Positions 49,380-63,110 of a stretch of 64,000 nt of DNA are shown here, in pieces. A program made the position numbers and the translations under genes. Each line of letters starts with the position of its first letter. Position 1 is the first letter of the stretch. Below the pieces are notes generated by a model. That model was not told the DNA's origin. It did not search any database and worked only from the letters and a program-made list of their open reading frames with translations. Source of the stretch: Takakia lepidozioides (Eukaryota > Plantae > Bryophyta); the NCBI GenBank assembly GCA_030704615.1, contig CM060732.1, positions 23,932,001 to 23,996,000 of the forward strand, read 5' to 3'.

Positions 49380-50596
49380 AGTCAAAATCTAGACCTAAAT
49401 CTTTTTGGGCTCGAGAGCGCATACAAAGATACTTATAATCAACTCTGTTGGGGTCTTACAATGAGAGAGAATTTAAGGCCAGGATGAGAATGTCAAGGGG
49501 AACATTTGAGTTTATTTGTTTGGAAGTTGCTCCTTATTTGAAACGTCTAGATACTAACGTGCGATCTGTTGTTCCACTTGAAACTAGAGTAGCACTTGTC
49601 ATTTCACGCTTAGCTACCGGGAATGGAATGCAGATGATCGCTGATCTATATGGTGTGGGAGTATCAACTTCTCAGAAGATATGTGTAGATTTTGTGCATG
49701 CTATGAAACAGTCTTTAAGAAAAAAAAATTTGAAGTGGCCTTCCACTTCGGCTATGGAGAAAATAGCTACTGACTTTGAGAGATTACATGGTATACCTTT
49801 TGTTGTAGGCGCCATCGATCACATATACCAATTATTGCTCCTCGATTGCATGCAGCTGATTACTACAATAGAAAAGGATTTCATAGCGTGTTGCTACAGG
49901 GTGGTGTACTAGCAAATGTGTGTTCTGGGATTACGATATTGGTTGGGCAGGTAGCATGCACGATGCGAATATCTGGTCCAATTCGGCCATTGGGCAATTT
50001 TGTGAAGCTGGACATCTCGCGCCTTATGTATTGGTAGGGGATGCAGCTTATCCAGCACGTCCTTGGATGTTTTCACCCTTCAAATGACATAAGGATGGGC
50101 TTACCCAAGAGGAATACTTCTGGAACTATATACAAAGCTCAACCCGCATGTGTGTGGAAAGAATCTTTGTTTATTGAAAGGGCGTTGGCGATTATTAATA
50201 AAAAGAATGGATATCTCACTCCAGCATGTCCCTGACTTTGTAGCAGCATGCATAATTTTGCACAACATATGTACATTATATGGAGACTCTTTTGAACAGC
50301 AGTGGATTACGAAAGCTGAAGAGGAAGTGCATGACTCCCTACAAAATCGAACCCTACTACGACAAACCACAAATGAGAGGGATGCAATAGCTTCGACCAT
50401 TTTGGATGATCTTCAAGGAGTCCATAGAAATGTGGCACATTATGTTAAGCGATTGAGGAAATCCGCGAACGACATATTTCAAGTGAAAATGCAAAATCAT
50501 GGCAAGACTTCCAAACAATTGGCTGAGAGGAGGAATAGTATTGCAAAGTCATTGTTCAGTGCCAAGAAGAGGAAATTGATAGAACAACATGAGTGA
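49380..50596 (+). pseudogene. Harbinger (HARBI1-like) DDE transposase, frameshifted
   Basis: FKARMRMSRGTF, RLATG, GAIDH, YYNRKGFHSVLLQG, GWAGSMHDA, VGDAAYP, LKGRWRLL, ACIILHNIC. 5' boundary approximate. Confidence 0.88.
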
Positions 50597-50599
50597 AAT

Positions 50600-51650
50600 T
50601 GTTTGAGCCGTTTGCTATCACAACTTTTCTGCTAGTTTAGCCATAATACCATGCATATCTCTAAGTAATTCTAGTTTCGCATCCTCGGTAGTTTTCATAG
50701 TTTTCTCTCATTTTTCTACTGCTTTCACGGACCTCGTTCAAACACTCAAGTAGGAGCTAGTCCACTTTTTTCTGCTTCTCAGAACTTCTCTCAGACAATT
50801 TATCATAATTGACTTCGATACTATCTTCCATCTTCACTGTTACCTCATCAAATACCGCAGTGGCATTCAAACCCTCTGGTTCATGAGCAAATCCGTGTGC
50901 ATGAGTAACGACATTGGCTCGATCGTGCATATACTGATCTACCAAATCGAACCATTTGCACTTATCAGACCTGTCGTTTCCAGAAATTCCATTGAGAGCC
51001 TTATCCTCCTTGTAGTCTTTGTAAATAGTCTGCCATTTTTTCCGACATGCTTCTCTGTCATTTGCAAACTCGAGACCACTGCAGCCAACTTTGTGTGCAG
51101 ACGTGACCAATTATCCACACTTGCACACCAAATAAACCATGGGGAATCATTCATGAATGACAATTAGGTTTTGCAGAGTGGTTATAGGGATGAGTGACTA
51201 ATGCCTGCCAATGCCTCACTGCTAGGAATTCAATTTGTTACGAGCTCTACCAGACTGTCTGGAAAACTGCAGATACATTTGTATGCATAGGTTTTGCCAA
51301 TAACATTGAAGAGAATACACTGCCTTGTTTAGGTGGTGATGAAAACACATCTTGCATTTCTCCTCGCAAAGTGATGAGGTGGATCACCCAATGCTCCTTC
51401 CAAGGTCCGCCCTGCCGTATTTCTTCCAATTCGTTCTCCGTGAGATCTTCAATCCCTTTTTTTTTGGACACCCTTTTCTTCTTAGGTGCTGGAGCAACAG
51501 ACCCATCGGCTTCTTTTTTGACGTTACGCGACGTTTTCTTTGGTGCAGTACCAGTCATAGTTGAAGAAACAGGAGGTGGTGCTTGTGCCCAACTTGGGTG
51601 GAAATTGAATGGTCCCATGTTTGACAGATACTTGCTCTGTGGGTTCCATG
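50600..51650 (-). pseudogene. Harbinger Myb/SANT-like (trihelix) DNA-binding protein
   Basis: WKEHWVIHLITLRGEM..., intron, then ...EACRKKWQTIYKDYKE...CKWFDLVDQ. Confidence 0.75.
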
Positions 51651-53354
51651 AGGGCTCCTAAACCCTATCGTGAAGACGCACACCCTTCCGTAGTGACCCG
51701 TAGTGAAGAACTGCGTAAAGAAGTTTGGGAAGAAAGAAGACGATGGTAGGCCTTGTATTTCACGTCAAGACAAAACCTTTCAGAGACGCTCGACACTTCC
51801 AGCTGGAAGTGCCTGGAAGTCTTGCGGTTTCCAAAACCGTCCACGTCAATAGACACATCAGCTTCCGGTAGAACGTGCTTCCTCCCGTGTGTTAGTGTGC
51901 GGTTTCCCTCGGCCAAATGGTCGTCTCCCATTCATCTCGATTGCCGCCCGTGTGTCTACGCCCTTAAATGAGCCCCACCACTGCGCGGAAGCCCAGTGGC
52001 GGGGCGAGTGTAGGTAATCCCCGACACGAGGAGGCTTACGGTGCGTGCAAAAGGCACGCGGACCGCTGTAATGTACTAGCCAGCCTGGCGGGTAGATTAT
52101 AGGATTATGTAATGCACTGGCCAGCCTGGCGCATAGATTCACAGGTTTAAGGTCACCCCTTTCCTTCGAGGAAAAATCTGAAAGTTCTTTACGCAATCGG
52201 AAGGAGGGAGTATTCGGGGGGGGGGGGGGGTTATTCCAGGGGTTTGTAGCGGCCTATCAGAGTACGATAGCCAAAGAAAACTTGCCACGGTGGTGAAATA
52301 TGGTAAACTTTCTTGACAAGTGATTGAGGGCCAAACCCTCTGAAACGTTAGGTGGCAGCTATAATAAAGACCCCATGCCCAATTACGAAATTTCGTAAGG
52401 TCCTAGACGTCTTGCACCTGGCGTAAGCTTCTCTTGTTGGATCAAACCCTAAATCTGCACCATTAACTTATTGAACAATGTATCTCTTGACCTGTCAAAC
52501 ATGAACCAACGTGACCGGATGAACTAATTACATCCTGTTCACAAATTTGATCTGTAAACGTGGATGGAAGATATTCTATCTACACATGTCTTGGTTTAAT
52601 TGGATGTGCGATTTTCTTAGAATCAATGCATTTTTCCATGTCGGAAATCCATTCAGATGTGACTCTACTCCGCTCATCATCCATCTTTGCTCATCCATCA
52701 TCCATCCATCATCCATCCACTTGGTAAGGGACAAGGACTTGCCACTTTCAATGGCAAAACCATTGCGATCAAAACAGTACTTATAAAACCGTCAAACTTG
52801 ATTTTTTGTCTTCCATGATATTCAAATGATCCTCACGTTCTTTCTGTCTTTACAGATCCTTTCCTGAACCTGTGACAACTGCCCCCCCCCCCCCCCACGC
52901 CATATGCCCGCTTGGAACATACTTGGCCACAGGGAAAGATCAAAAATCGTTTCCTCAAACCTGCTTAGGTTATGTCATTCCTTTCCTTTCTTTCCTGCTA
53001 AACATATGGCTGTTTTTAGCCGAGCCCAAGGAAGGAAAAACAGCACTGCGAAAGGTTCACCCTTCAAACTGAGGGTAATAGAGTGCGGGGCCAATCAAGT
53101 GCAATCACCTTCATGGGGAAAACCCCCCTGCGGGAGGGTCAAGCTAGATATATGGGAGCATTTCTTGGGAACCCCCCCCCCCCCAAAACCCCCCAAGTCT
53201 TTCTTTTGTGGTAACCCTTACAACACTGTTATGACTCAAGAAAAAGAGACTCACAGCACCAGTCCTGAGAGGCACAACATATAGCCATCAACTCCTAATG
53301 TATTGTCTGCATTCGCCCCAGAAAGGGCTTGTGCATAGCCATGGCAAGAGATAG

Positions 53355-55817
53355 TCAGTCAGGGAAGCCTCGCTTAGCCACTGCTGTCTCAAATCTCTGG
53401 CAAGAAATTGTACGCAGTTCTGTGCTGGTTTCGTATTCAGGTGCAGGGTAGTAGTCACCCCTTAGCTGCACATCTCGCAGATTCTCACACCGAACAAGCA
53501 TCATGAGAAAGTGTTCATGCGTGGTTCCATGAATAAACAGCTTTCGCAGCCTGGAGCACTGGGACAGAAGCCCCACAGCAGGGAGAGAGAGCCCTCTCCT
53601 GTTTACTTCCTTGTCAGATGGAGGCCAGTAGTCAAGAGTTGAAAGGTGCAGTGACTGCACGCCGGTCAAAAAATGACGTTCCATAAAATCCAGATCCATG
53701 ACACCTAGCGGAGCACTCATTGAGTACCCCACGACCTCCCTCAAGTCTAGATGTAGATTTGCAAGCCTAGGGTAGCGGGCAAAGCTTCCAATGCCCCAAG
53801 CGGGGGTAGCTGGTCTGGGAAGAAGCCTGCAATCACCTTCCACTCTGATACTCAGTTGTTCCAAGACTGGGCATGACCACAAGCCCATGGAAGGCAATGG
53901 GGTTATGGACTCCCCCACGGGTATCCACAGAGAGAGGGATCGCAGGGAACACCAAGGTGACCCAAACATGTGCTCTTCCACAAGAGAACTTCCTACCGCT
54001 CCATCAGGTTCCTGCCGCTGTCCCATGTCACTGCCACTTGCTTTGCTGCCCCAATTGAATTCCCTACTGAAAAACTTTACAGCAGAGTTTGATCCTCCAT
54101 CCTCAATCCCCTCTACTCTTTTTCTTTTCCGATCCACACTGTCTGGCAGCAGGAAGCCGCCTACTTTGCCCTCCATTGTCCCAGCCATCCTGTCTCCCGA
54201 AATATTAGCCCCACAAAACCCAAAATTGATCTCCTGCCGACTGCCACCCTGCATTCTCCCAGTCTCAAGTCCTGTGGTCCCAAACCCCACTGCTCCCTTG
54301 ACCCGCTTCACTATGTCACGCTCGTTCTCATATCGGAGTTCCTCGTGAACCCCAATACCGTCAGACAATGCAGCAGGTACGCAAGCATCCCAGATACAGT
54401 CGACATGCAACCGTATAAGGGTGGCACGAATGGGGTCCAGCGCTTGCAAAGTATAGGCAGTGGGGAGCAGCTGACAACAAGAAACTTCCACATCTTGAAG
54501 AGAACGGGATAGATATTTCACACAAGTGTGAAGCCCTGCGTCCGAAATCAATTTGCAACCGTGCAGACTGAGCTTTCTAAGTTTACAGCATCCAATGGAG
54601 ATGGCTTCCAGGCCTGAATCCACCAAGTCTGCACAGTTTCTTATGCAGAGATCTAGAAGCCCTGTACAAAGACCAATTCCATCAGGTTGCGGCCCCCTGC
54701 ACAAACCGTGAAAATGACTGAGCTTCAATGACCTGAGCTTCTTGCAATGTGAGGGAAACACTTCAAGTGCCAGACCAGCGTTCCTCACATTCTGGGAGAG
54801 CAGAAAGGACAAATCCTCCAAGTGTGGAAGTGCTTTGAACATCGCCTCCAACCCCAGCCTGCTCAAGTGGGCTTCCTCACTGGCATACCCGTCATCATCT
54901 GCATTGTCCCGGAGGGCATCCCACTCATTGGTATCCACCAGGTGGAGCGTGTGCAGCTGCCCGCAATTCTTGGCAAGTATGAGCAGCGTTTCATCACCTA
55001 CCGAGTCCAAAAGCCTGTGATCAAACTGACACAAAATGTAGAGCTCCTCCAGCTTCGGGCAAGCTGCAGTTATAACAGTCACCTCCTGTGATTTGAAGCC
55101 GTCAGGAGAAATCTTCAAAAGATTGAGGCTGCGGAGGTTTGCAGCAACAGCTACCCCTTCCTGAAATGCTGGGGGGATGTCCTCCGTCCAGCAGTAGAAC
55201 TTCGAGAGGTCGAGGTCTTTCAATCTAGCGCACACTTTGAGTAAGGCTTCCATCTCCACGCCCAACTCCATGCCCGCCTCATTGTCCATAGCCCGTTGAT
55301 GCCACCGGATTAACCTCACAGTTTCCAGGCCTGGCCACAGCCAGGCGACCATCTGAATGTCTAATGCATCTCTCACATAGATTGTCAAATCAGTCACAAT
55401 TGGAAATGCTAGTTTCAAAGTGTTCCCTATCTCTTCTCCGTTTGTAATGGATTGAAACAGAGATACGCCCCATGGAGAACAGAGGGAGAGGTCAAGGGTA
55501 GACACCTGTTGGAAACTCATTGAGAGGCCTTGCAGGTCACAGATGTTGCCTCTCACAGATAAGCTAGTTCGGGTTTGCCTCTCCAAATAATACCAGTCCC
55601 GACAAATAAGCGCCATCGAGTTTCTTGTCCTAGGATCAGAAATCAAACTGAAAATGTTGCTCAAGATCGCATTTGGAACGTCATTGATGTGTGTCTTCCT
55701 GATGCAGCTCTTGGGGCCCGAAAAATCTGTCTGAAAGCTCCCCTCCGTAAAACCTGACCCAGTCTCAATATCCGTGATGAAGGCCCGAGTTCCCACTCCG
55801 GGGAACGCGTGGGCCAT
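53355..55817 (-). CDS. MAX2: MAX2/D3/RMS4 F-box leucine-rich-repeat protein (karrikin/strigolactone signalling), intronless, ~820 aa
   Basis: F-box THINDVPNAILSNIF..RTRNSMAL; LDLSLCSPWG; LIRWHQR; LDLSKFYCWTEDIP; LDYWPPSDKEVNRRGLSLPAVGLL; KLFIHGTTHEHF; DVQLRGDYYPAPE..STELR..SC.RFE. The ORF-track start at 55835 is GTG; the first ATG is 55817. Confidence 0.95.
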   Translation of the reverse strand: MAHAFPGVGTRAFITDIETGSGFTEGSFQTDFSGPKSCIRKTHINDVPNAILSNIFSLISDPRTRNSMALICRDWYYLERQTRTSLSVRGNICDLQGLSMSFQQVSTLDLSLCSPWGVSLFQSITNGEEIGNTLKLAFPIVTDLTIYVRDALDIQMVAWLWPGLETVRLIRWHQRAMDNEAGMELGVEMEALLKVCARLKDLDLSKFYCWTEDIPPAFQEGVAVAANLRSLNLLKISPDGFKSQEVTVITAACPKLEELYILCQFDHRLLDSVGDETLLILAKNCGQLHTLHLVDTNEWDALRDNADDDGYASEEAHLSRLGLEAMFKALPHLEDLSFLLSQNVRNAGLALEVFPSHCKKLRSLKLSHFHGLCRGPQPDGIGLCTGLLDLCIRNCADLVDSGLEAISIGCCKLRKLSLHGCKLISDAGLHTCVKYLSRSLQDVEVSCCQLLPTAYTLQALDPIRATLIRLHVDCIWDACVPAALSDGIGVHEELRYENERDIVKRVKGAVGFGTTGLETGRMQGGSRQEINFGFCGANISGDRMAGTMEGKVGGFLLPDSVDRKRKRVEGIEDGGSNSAVKFFSREFNWGSKASGSDMGQRQEPDGAVGSSLVEEHMFGSPWCSLRSLSLWIPVGESITPLPSMGLWSCPVLEQLSIRVEGDCRLLPRPATPAWGIGSFARYPRLANLHLDLREVVGYSMSAPLGVMDLDFMERHFLTGVQSLHLSTLDYWPPSDKEVNRRGLSLPAVGLLSQCSRLRKLFIHGTTHEHFLMMLVRCENLRDVQLRGDYYPAPEYETSTELRTISCQRFETAVAKRGFPD

Positions 55818-57259
55818 CCCTAACCCCCTGTCCACATAAACTCCAAAGAGCTTTTATCGTCTAGAACAAACTCCAGATGCTGTGAAGGTTTACAGGGCAC
55901 CCCTGACGCCCTACTCATCGGAGGCCCACCAAACGAAAACGGAACCACAAGATTGATCATTGATGGCCGTCCGGGATGGAGTAGCAGCGATCTGACTGAA
56001 TCAAGGGCCCAAACTCTTCACCAGGTAGAGAACAATCATCGAGGGGAAGAGACAGAGAGACAGAACTACATATTGGTCGGGGAAGGGCGAAACGAGTGGA
56101 AGTGAGTGAGTAAGTTCCCTCATCCCAACCCCGATACTCGCACATCTCTCCCTACTATGATTCCCTCCCTCTTCTCACCTGTTTCAGCATACCAGGTATG
56201 TGGCACAACTCCACTTTGAGTCTATCTATCAGAGAACAGCCACCAAAATCCTCACCGGCTCTCACTGGGAACATTTCATGCGTATCCACTGCAATACAAC
56301 CTTACACATACTCTCTAAACAGATCGGCAACAGCGTCGAATACTGCATCGGAACTTCAGAGCGCCAACTAATCTATACTGACGCCGGTAATATCCAGAAA
56401 CAAAATTTATAGAGAAAACGGTGCGATACTGAGATCCAAACGAAACATCTCCCAGAAAGACGCCAGGCCATCAGACGAAGCAGAATGACGTACCCAACAA
56501 GCGTCCTTGAGCCACTACAGCGCCCTCACCTCGCATCTCCGACCCACATTCATCTCCTTTCTGCCTGTCCCAACCACAGCGGCCCATGCAGCAACACCAC
56601 CGATCGTGTCGCCATGGCCGCAGAGCTGCTGCTCTGCGAGACGAAAGAGACGAGACGAGAGTGTGGTCGAAGCGACGATCTTGAGGACTTTGGACTTTGG
56701 ACCCCATTAAAATGTATTTTCGGGGTAATAAGTAATTAGTTGTAAAATAGGGCGGTCCCAGCATGCACATTAAAGCGCTTTGTCAGGACGGATGAATGAC
56801 AGCTGTCGCCCGAGAATCTCACTCTCGTTGACTGCATCCCACTCTGACGTGTTTTATCAACAATTTATTATATTTTCAGCGTCTTATTATTATTATTATT
56901 ATTATTTTTAAATGAAAGGGGACAGTGAGTGTTTGTTTTTTCAAATCTGGGAAATAACAGGAGTGGCTACTGAGTTTTGCAGGAAATAGCCATATTTTCT
57001 GTTCATCCACTGAAATTTGGACAGAATCATCCTCCTCTGTACTTTCATCCATGTATATCATCCATATTAGGCGAATTCATCCAGGATTTGGAGAATTTTG
57101 GCGATTTCATCCATGAGAAAATAGGGAATTTACGACAGAATATATTTATTTATTTATTTATCTTTATTTTTTTTGAGGTCGAAAAGTACGAAATTTCGCC
57201 AGAAATAAAAACACCCGACAGAGGCTCTTTTAATCAAAAAATCTTTTGATCATGCTCAA

Positions 57260-60200
57260 GTGGACGTCACTTTCAGTCCCCCTGGTATTCATGTCAAAGG
57301 GCACAAGTAGTTATTTTAAGTTGAACCCCTTGCTTCTCTCCTTGCAGGAGGCAGTCAGAAAATTGGCTGGTACCTGGAAAGAGAACTGAAATGACTTCTC
57401 CTCCCCCACCTTGCGTTTCTTTATAAGCTCAGTGCCACTAGGCTGGAAGCTCAAAGGCTGTCCCCGGAAGCAGCCATTGAAAGGACTAGAAAGGAGAAAG
57501 CACTGATAAAATGCCTTTCTCAATGTCAAAGGATGATTGAGAGGATGATTGAGAGAGACATGGTAGGTCCCCACACCTTGGAGTCCTACTCTACTGCCAA
57601 GCACAATCTGGCGGTTCTTCTTAGTCACAAGGAGGAGGCCTTGAGAAGGAAAGTTGGTGTTAATTGGTCCTTAAAGGGAGAGAAAATGTCCAGCTATTTT
57701 TCCCTTAAAACCAGGCAGAGGCGTGCCTCCACTTCCATTGCAGCCCTAAAAAACTTTGTTGGTGCTCTTGTGACCTCTCGAAAAGAGATGGCTTCCATTG
57801 CATCTGATTACTTTACGGGATTATTCAAATGCAATCCTATCATTCATCCGATATTGAAGCTAGGCACAAAGTCTTATCTTTCATCCCCTCGATTCTTTCT
57901 GTTGAAGAGCGGGAAGAGCTCTCCAACCCTCTTACTGCTGAAGAACTCTTGGAGGCCATAGAAAGGCTCAGCCCCCAGAAATCCCCGGGCTTAGACGGCA
58001 TACCTGTAGAATTTTTTAAGATCCTTTGGCAGGAGGTTGGGGGTGACTTCTTGGCCATGGCTAATGACGTCACTCTCAAAGGGATTTTGCCCTCTCGAAT
58101 CTCTCAAGGCCTCATTACTCAGGCATTACTCTCATCTATAAGAAGGGGGACATGGATCTGATAACTAATTACAGACCCATCACTTTGCTTTCTGCTGTCT
58201 ATAAGATCATAGCTAAAGCCCTAGCTATCAGGCTTCAGCCCTTGCTCTATAGAATTATTCGTCCCGAGCAAACGGGATTCCTCAAAACAGATCGATTTTG
58301 GATAATATCATGCTAGCCAATGATGCTCTTCACCATGCGTTCATCAATAACCAGCCCTTGGCTATGCTAATGCTTGATTTCGAGAAAGCTTTCGATAACA
58401 TAGACTGGCCCTTTCTATTTGGTATTCTAGAAAAAGTGGGCGTCACTGGTTCTTTTTTGGCTTGGGTCAAAATCCTCCTATAGTCTGCCTATAGTAGGGT
58501 GATGGTTAACGGTGTCATGTCCCCTGCTTTCCCTCTTCAATATCGCTCCGTGAGGCAAGGTTGCCCGCTGGCTCCATTCGTATTTATCATTGCTGCAGAC
58601 GGGCTGGTTCACCTCTTGGACTCTGATTGCCAGTACTGGGGGCTTGTAATTCCTAGATCCATGCCCCTCTCCTTCTCAGTTAAAGCATCGCTTTACGCTG
58701 ATGATACAGTGCTCTTCATAGATAATAGCCTGTCATCTAACGTTTGAAAAGCCCTGGGCTTCCTCTCTACCTTTTGCAAAGCCTCCGGGCTTTCTGTGAA
58801 TTGGAGCAAGTCCGTAGGAATGCTATCCAAATTCAAGAATCCAGAGTTGGTGTCTCATTGTGAAGCATGGGGGGAAGATTTAGGGCTGGTCTGGCTCGGA
58901 GACGGTCAGTCTCACGTCTTGTTGGGACAGCTCGTTGGCCATGACCTCACTGATCTACAAACGATGTGCCCCGGTCTTAACCAAGATGAGGAGAAAGTTC
59001 GCTTATTGGAGTTTGGTCCACCTCTCTATTGTTGGGAAAGCACTGATTGTCAATCAGGTGCTCTTAGCTACGAAATGGTTTACCACCTCTGTATGGTCCC
59101 CAAGCACTCTTATCATTTCCCAGATCAAATCCATGGCACGTAATTTCCTCTGGGGTGCCTCCCCCTCCACTCCTAATCGTCGTGCTCTTATCTAATGGGC
59201 TCAGGTCACTCAAAAGAAAAAGCTGGGGGGTTTGGGAATCATAGAACCCCAAACCCAGGTCTGTGCCCTTTTAGCAAAATGGATCCCCAAGATCTTTGTG
59301 CATCTCTCTTCTCCATGGAGCCTTCTTGTCAGGCAGCACGTCTTGGACTCATCCCCCTCCCCGAAGCATTCTTGGCCGGCTTCTTTGAAATGGGTGGTGC
59401 AAGGGGGCTCGTCCATCTCTAATCCTGTAGGCTCCAGGGCCTGGCAATCTGTGTGGGCAGCATGGCTTTGGGTTAGGCTGCATTTATCGCAACGTTTGCC
59501 AATATCCTCCGACAACGCCTTGAGGCAGCCTCTCTTTATTAATTACAACGTTGACTCCGAGCTGCTCATGAAACGCTCCAAGAGATGGAGCAATTGGGAG
59601 AGGGCAGGCATCTCGCACCTAGAGCATGTATGGGAAAATGGTAGACCCTACCCAAAGAGGTGGCCACCTACAATCTTTCCTCCCAAGCAGCTAACGCAGC
59701 CTGGGACTCGATTATCGGTGAAGTTCCCGACTCATGGATTTGTCTTACTTCTCTCCCATCAAACCATTCACCTCTCCCAGCCTGGCGTGGTTTCTTTGAT
59801 GGGCAGTGCTCTTATGCTTTTCTGGCTTTACATAGACAATCTGATTCTTTAGTTGGCTGGAAGGTCAAAGCAGACTCACTAGGCTCTCTGTACTCTCCCT
59901 GCATGATGGAACTCCCCGAGACAGAGCTGTTTGCCATTAGAGTGTTTTGCTTGAGTTCTGGTCAGATCGACCCTCTTCTCCCGGTGAATATCGCTCATTA
60001 CACGGGCTCCTTTCGTTGGTTCCTAAAAGCCCCGATACGTTTGCTGCAGTTTGATCCGGGCGAGTGGTCCTGGATGTCTAAAAAGCATGACCATTTCTTT
60101 GCCTACACAGTCAAGCTCGGATACACCTTGCTTCACCCCCAGAGCTCTGCAGATTACAAATGCAATCACAAGTGGAGGCATCTGGTGGACAAGCCTGCTT

Positions 60201-61040
60201 CTTGGAAAGTAATATGGAAAGACATATGGCGTAAAGATCGGGTTGCAAGGATTAGTGCGTTTCTTTGGAGATTGATCAACAGAGCCCTCCCTCTCACCCA
60301 CCTCTCCTCTGACTCGCTTTCTTTTTGTCAATTCTGTTCGATGCTTACCAAAGAGACAATAGAGCATTTGTTTGTCTCTTGCCCTATTGTTGCTCTCATT
60401 TGGGATAGAGTGGCTTTGTTTTATGCTCCCTGGAGGATCAGCTCCCCTCGTCACCCCTCTCTAATTCTCCTCAACTATGAAAACAATGCCCTCTGGTCCG
60501 ATTGCCCTGTATGGGCTGCCTTACATGCGCATGTGCTTTGGCACATTTGGAAAGCCAGGTGCTCCTCTCTTTATGTGATGTTAAGCCTGTTGCTAGGGCA
60601 ATTCTGTTTAGAGCTCACTTAGACTTACAGTCTGAAGCTCGGAAAGCTTGGGGGGTTCTATGTGCAGCTTTTTGCAGATGGATAGAGGACAGGCGACAAC
60701 AACAACTTGCTCACTTCGACTCAACTTGGGGAAAAGCAGGCGTCTTCTGCACCAGACCAGCAGAACTTCGAGTTGTGTGGAACAACGCCCTCCCTGCATG
60801 CTACGAGCTCTCTTAGTGGAAAGCAATCTGCTTTGGATGGCGAGGAGCCGGAGGTGAATTGGCGCCATAAGCGCAGCTTTAGAAGGGCTAGAGCAAAGAT
60901 CCATCTTTCTTTTGAGCATAGCCCTGAGCCTAGTCTAAAAGTGTGATTGACCCTCCTAGGGCTTCGCACCTACAGCGCCGTCTCGGAGCTCCGTCTCCGC
61001 CGCCATCCCTAATTCCCTTTACTTTATTAACTAATGAAAT
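57260..61040 (+). mobile_element. L1-clade LINE, ORF2 (RT and zf-RVT), 5' truncated and decayed
   Basis: KSPGLDGIPVEFF, NYRPITLL, LDFEKAFD, SVRQGCPLAP, LYADD, GGLGI, C-terminal CQFC...ETIEHLFVSC; many frameshifts. Ends approximate. Confidence 0.9.
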
Positions 61041-62393
61041 CTTCCATGAATTAATTAAGGTAATAACTACCTAATAACGTAATAACAATAAAATGGTTAT
61101 TTTTCCCTTCATCTATTAATTAATTTGATTTTAAAAAATAATAAACAAGGGACAGAGGCCCTAAGAACTTTACTGATAATTTAAAAGAGGACAAGCAAGG
61201 AAAAAAAAACCTTGCGGGGGAATCCATAAAGACCAACAGAAGAGACACCACTCAGTAACCAGAGTTCAGGGGAAGGTCCTGCAGGAAACTAAGTGATACC
61301 AGAGTCGTCCGCCTGTCAACCTGCTGCCACTGGACGCCTTCCTTCCATCCAGTGCTGTGCAATCACCCTCCCAGATCTGCTAAGTGACGTGCTGTTGTGC
61401 ACCTTGTCTTCTCAGCGGCCCGCTATTTTGGCTGGCTTCCGGTACCCCGCCGTTTTCTCGCTGCATTGAAGGCGTCCTATCATTCCTTCCTTCTAGCCTA
61501 GCAGATTGGCATTGGCCCATGGGGAAAAGATCCATATCTTGGAAGTAAGCTGAGAATCAGTTGTTGTCTATTGTCGGCCATTTCATCATTTAATGTGTTG
61601 CTCTTCATGCTCGAGGCAGGGACGCTGTCAGCATGGTTTGTTCCCCCCTTTTTTCCACTCCCTACACTCGAGCACGCTCTTCCATTTTCCCAGTACGGTG
61701 CAACATTCCTTCTAAGCATCCGAGACTCTATTCCATCTGTCTCTTGTGCTCTCGTCGCATTGTTCCTCCTTGCTTGAGCCGTCTCTCTCTCCCCTCGGAG
61801 TGCCCCTGATTTCAATGTTTTGATCTTCTAGCTCAGCCCCCACTGGTCAAACAACAATGCTCTTATTCTCTCTAGAGTCCCCTAGCTTTCCGATCGGCGT
61901 CTGTGCCTCTACCTCCCATCCATCCTCCCTTCTCCCCTCTATTTCCCCTGTGTTCGGTTCCCTATCATCTGTCAGATCTGTGGCTGTTCCCCCCACCTCT
62001 TCCCCGGCTGGCTTAGTGGTCATGTCGTCTTTTGTCTCTGAGGTACCGGCTCGTAGGTTCCAGGGAGAAGATCTCAGAAGAGGTAATGGAAACTACAGAG
62101 GGTCTAGAGGAAGGAACGACACAGATAACCGAAGGGGCCCTTGGGCTGGACCTGGCTTGTTGGGCAAGGCACCCCGCTTTACCTCCCCACCCATCAATTC
62201 CACTCATCTGTGGAGTGAGGATGCAGGGATTGTGGACGAATCTCAGCCGGTGCTGAGTCTGAATATGGACATTATCCAGGCCCAAACGAAGCCCTTGGTT
62301 GAGCAAGACATTTTGATCTACTTTCCTGGTAGGGCCAGGGACAGGCACTCTGTGAGGAATTGGGCGCAGGAGCACTTGGGAGCAGGGTGAATG

Positions 62394-63110
62394 CAGGGTT
62401 GACTGGACCAAAATGGACGTTACCGGCACAATTTTAGATGACTGCAATTGATGGTGTCATCAATTGAATTTGAATTAACTCATTAAAACCAAAAAATATA
62501 TATATGTCATTGGATTCCTAGCTTCTATACGCACCCATAGCAATTCTCCAATCATGAATCCGATAAGAAATGACTCTGTTATGGACTTTTGAACATCGTC
62601 ATTGTGGACTGTTACCGCAGTGAATGGAATTACAATGGACTCAAGTTCTTCTATGTGCCATTGGTGAATTCCATTGAAATTTGGACTTAAGGTGGCCATT
62701 TTGGTCCACATCATAGGTATGGATTTGAAGTGGCAAAATCATTTGTCATTTGATTCATATGGACTAATATATGTCAAAAAAATAAGCGTTTTTTGAAAAG
62801 TCAATAGCTCATCTTTGGGTGTCATTTTTTTCTAGAAGTATAAAAACCTATAATCTTCAATGGCTAGGTGGCATATTGAAATGTTTTGGTAAACTCTAAT
62901 TTTTAGTTTTTTATAATTTCTCTAAATAATAGACTAAAATATTTAATGAATTATATCTTTAATATTTGGGGTAAGACTCTTTACTAAATATGTTCAGTAT
63001 ACCATTATCTATCATTAAAAAAATATTTTGGATAGTATCATCAATGTTTGTTTTTTTGGTCATGGACTTTCATGGAGCAGGATCTGCCGTTTTTGGTGCA
63101 CTCAACCCTG
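62394..63110. mobile_element. AT-rich hAT-like MITE
   Basis: Imperfect TIR CAGGGTTGACTGGACCAAAA / TTTTGGTGCACTCAACCCTG; interrupts LINE ORF1; no TSD recognisable. Confidence 0.6.

Larger units (their letters stand above)
48801..51963. mobile_element. PIF/Harbinger DNA transposon (decayed)
   Basis: Imperfect TIRs GGCCCTTTTCTCACGAGCGGCA / TGCCGCCCGTGTGTCTACGCCC flanked by TAA and TTA; convergent transposase and Myb-like genes. Confidence 0.8.

Noticed and set aside
52383-52398. Perfect 16-bp palindrome TTACGAAATTTCGTAA
   Set aside because: Isolated, with no supporting context.
56922-57216. Possible hAT-like MITE upstream of MAX2
   Set aside because: Terminal inverted match weak and no TSD.
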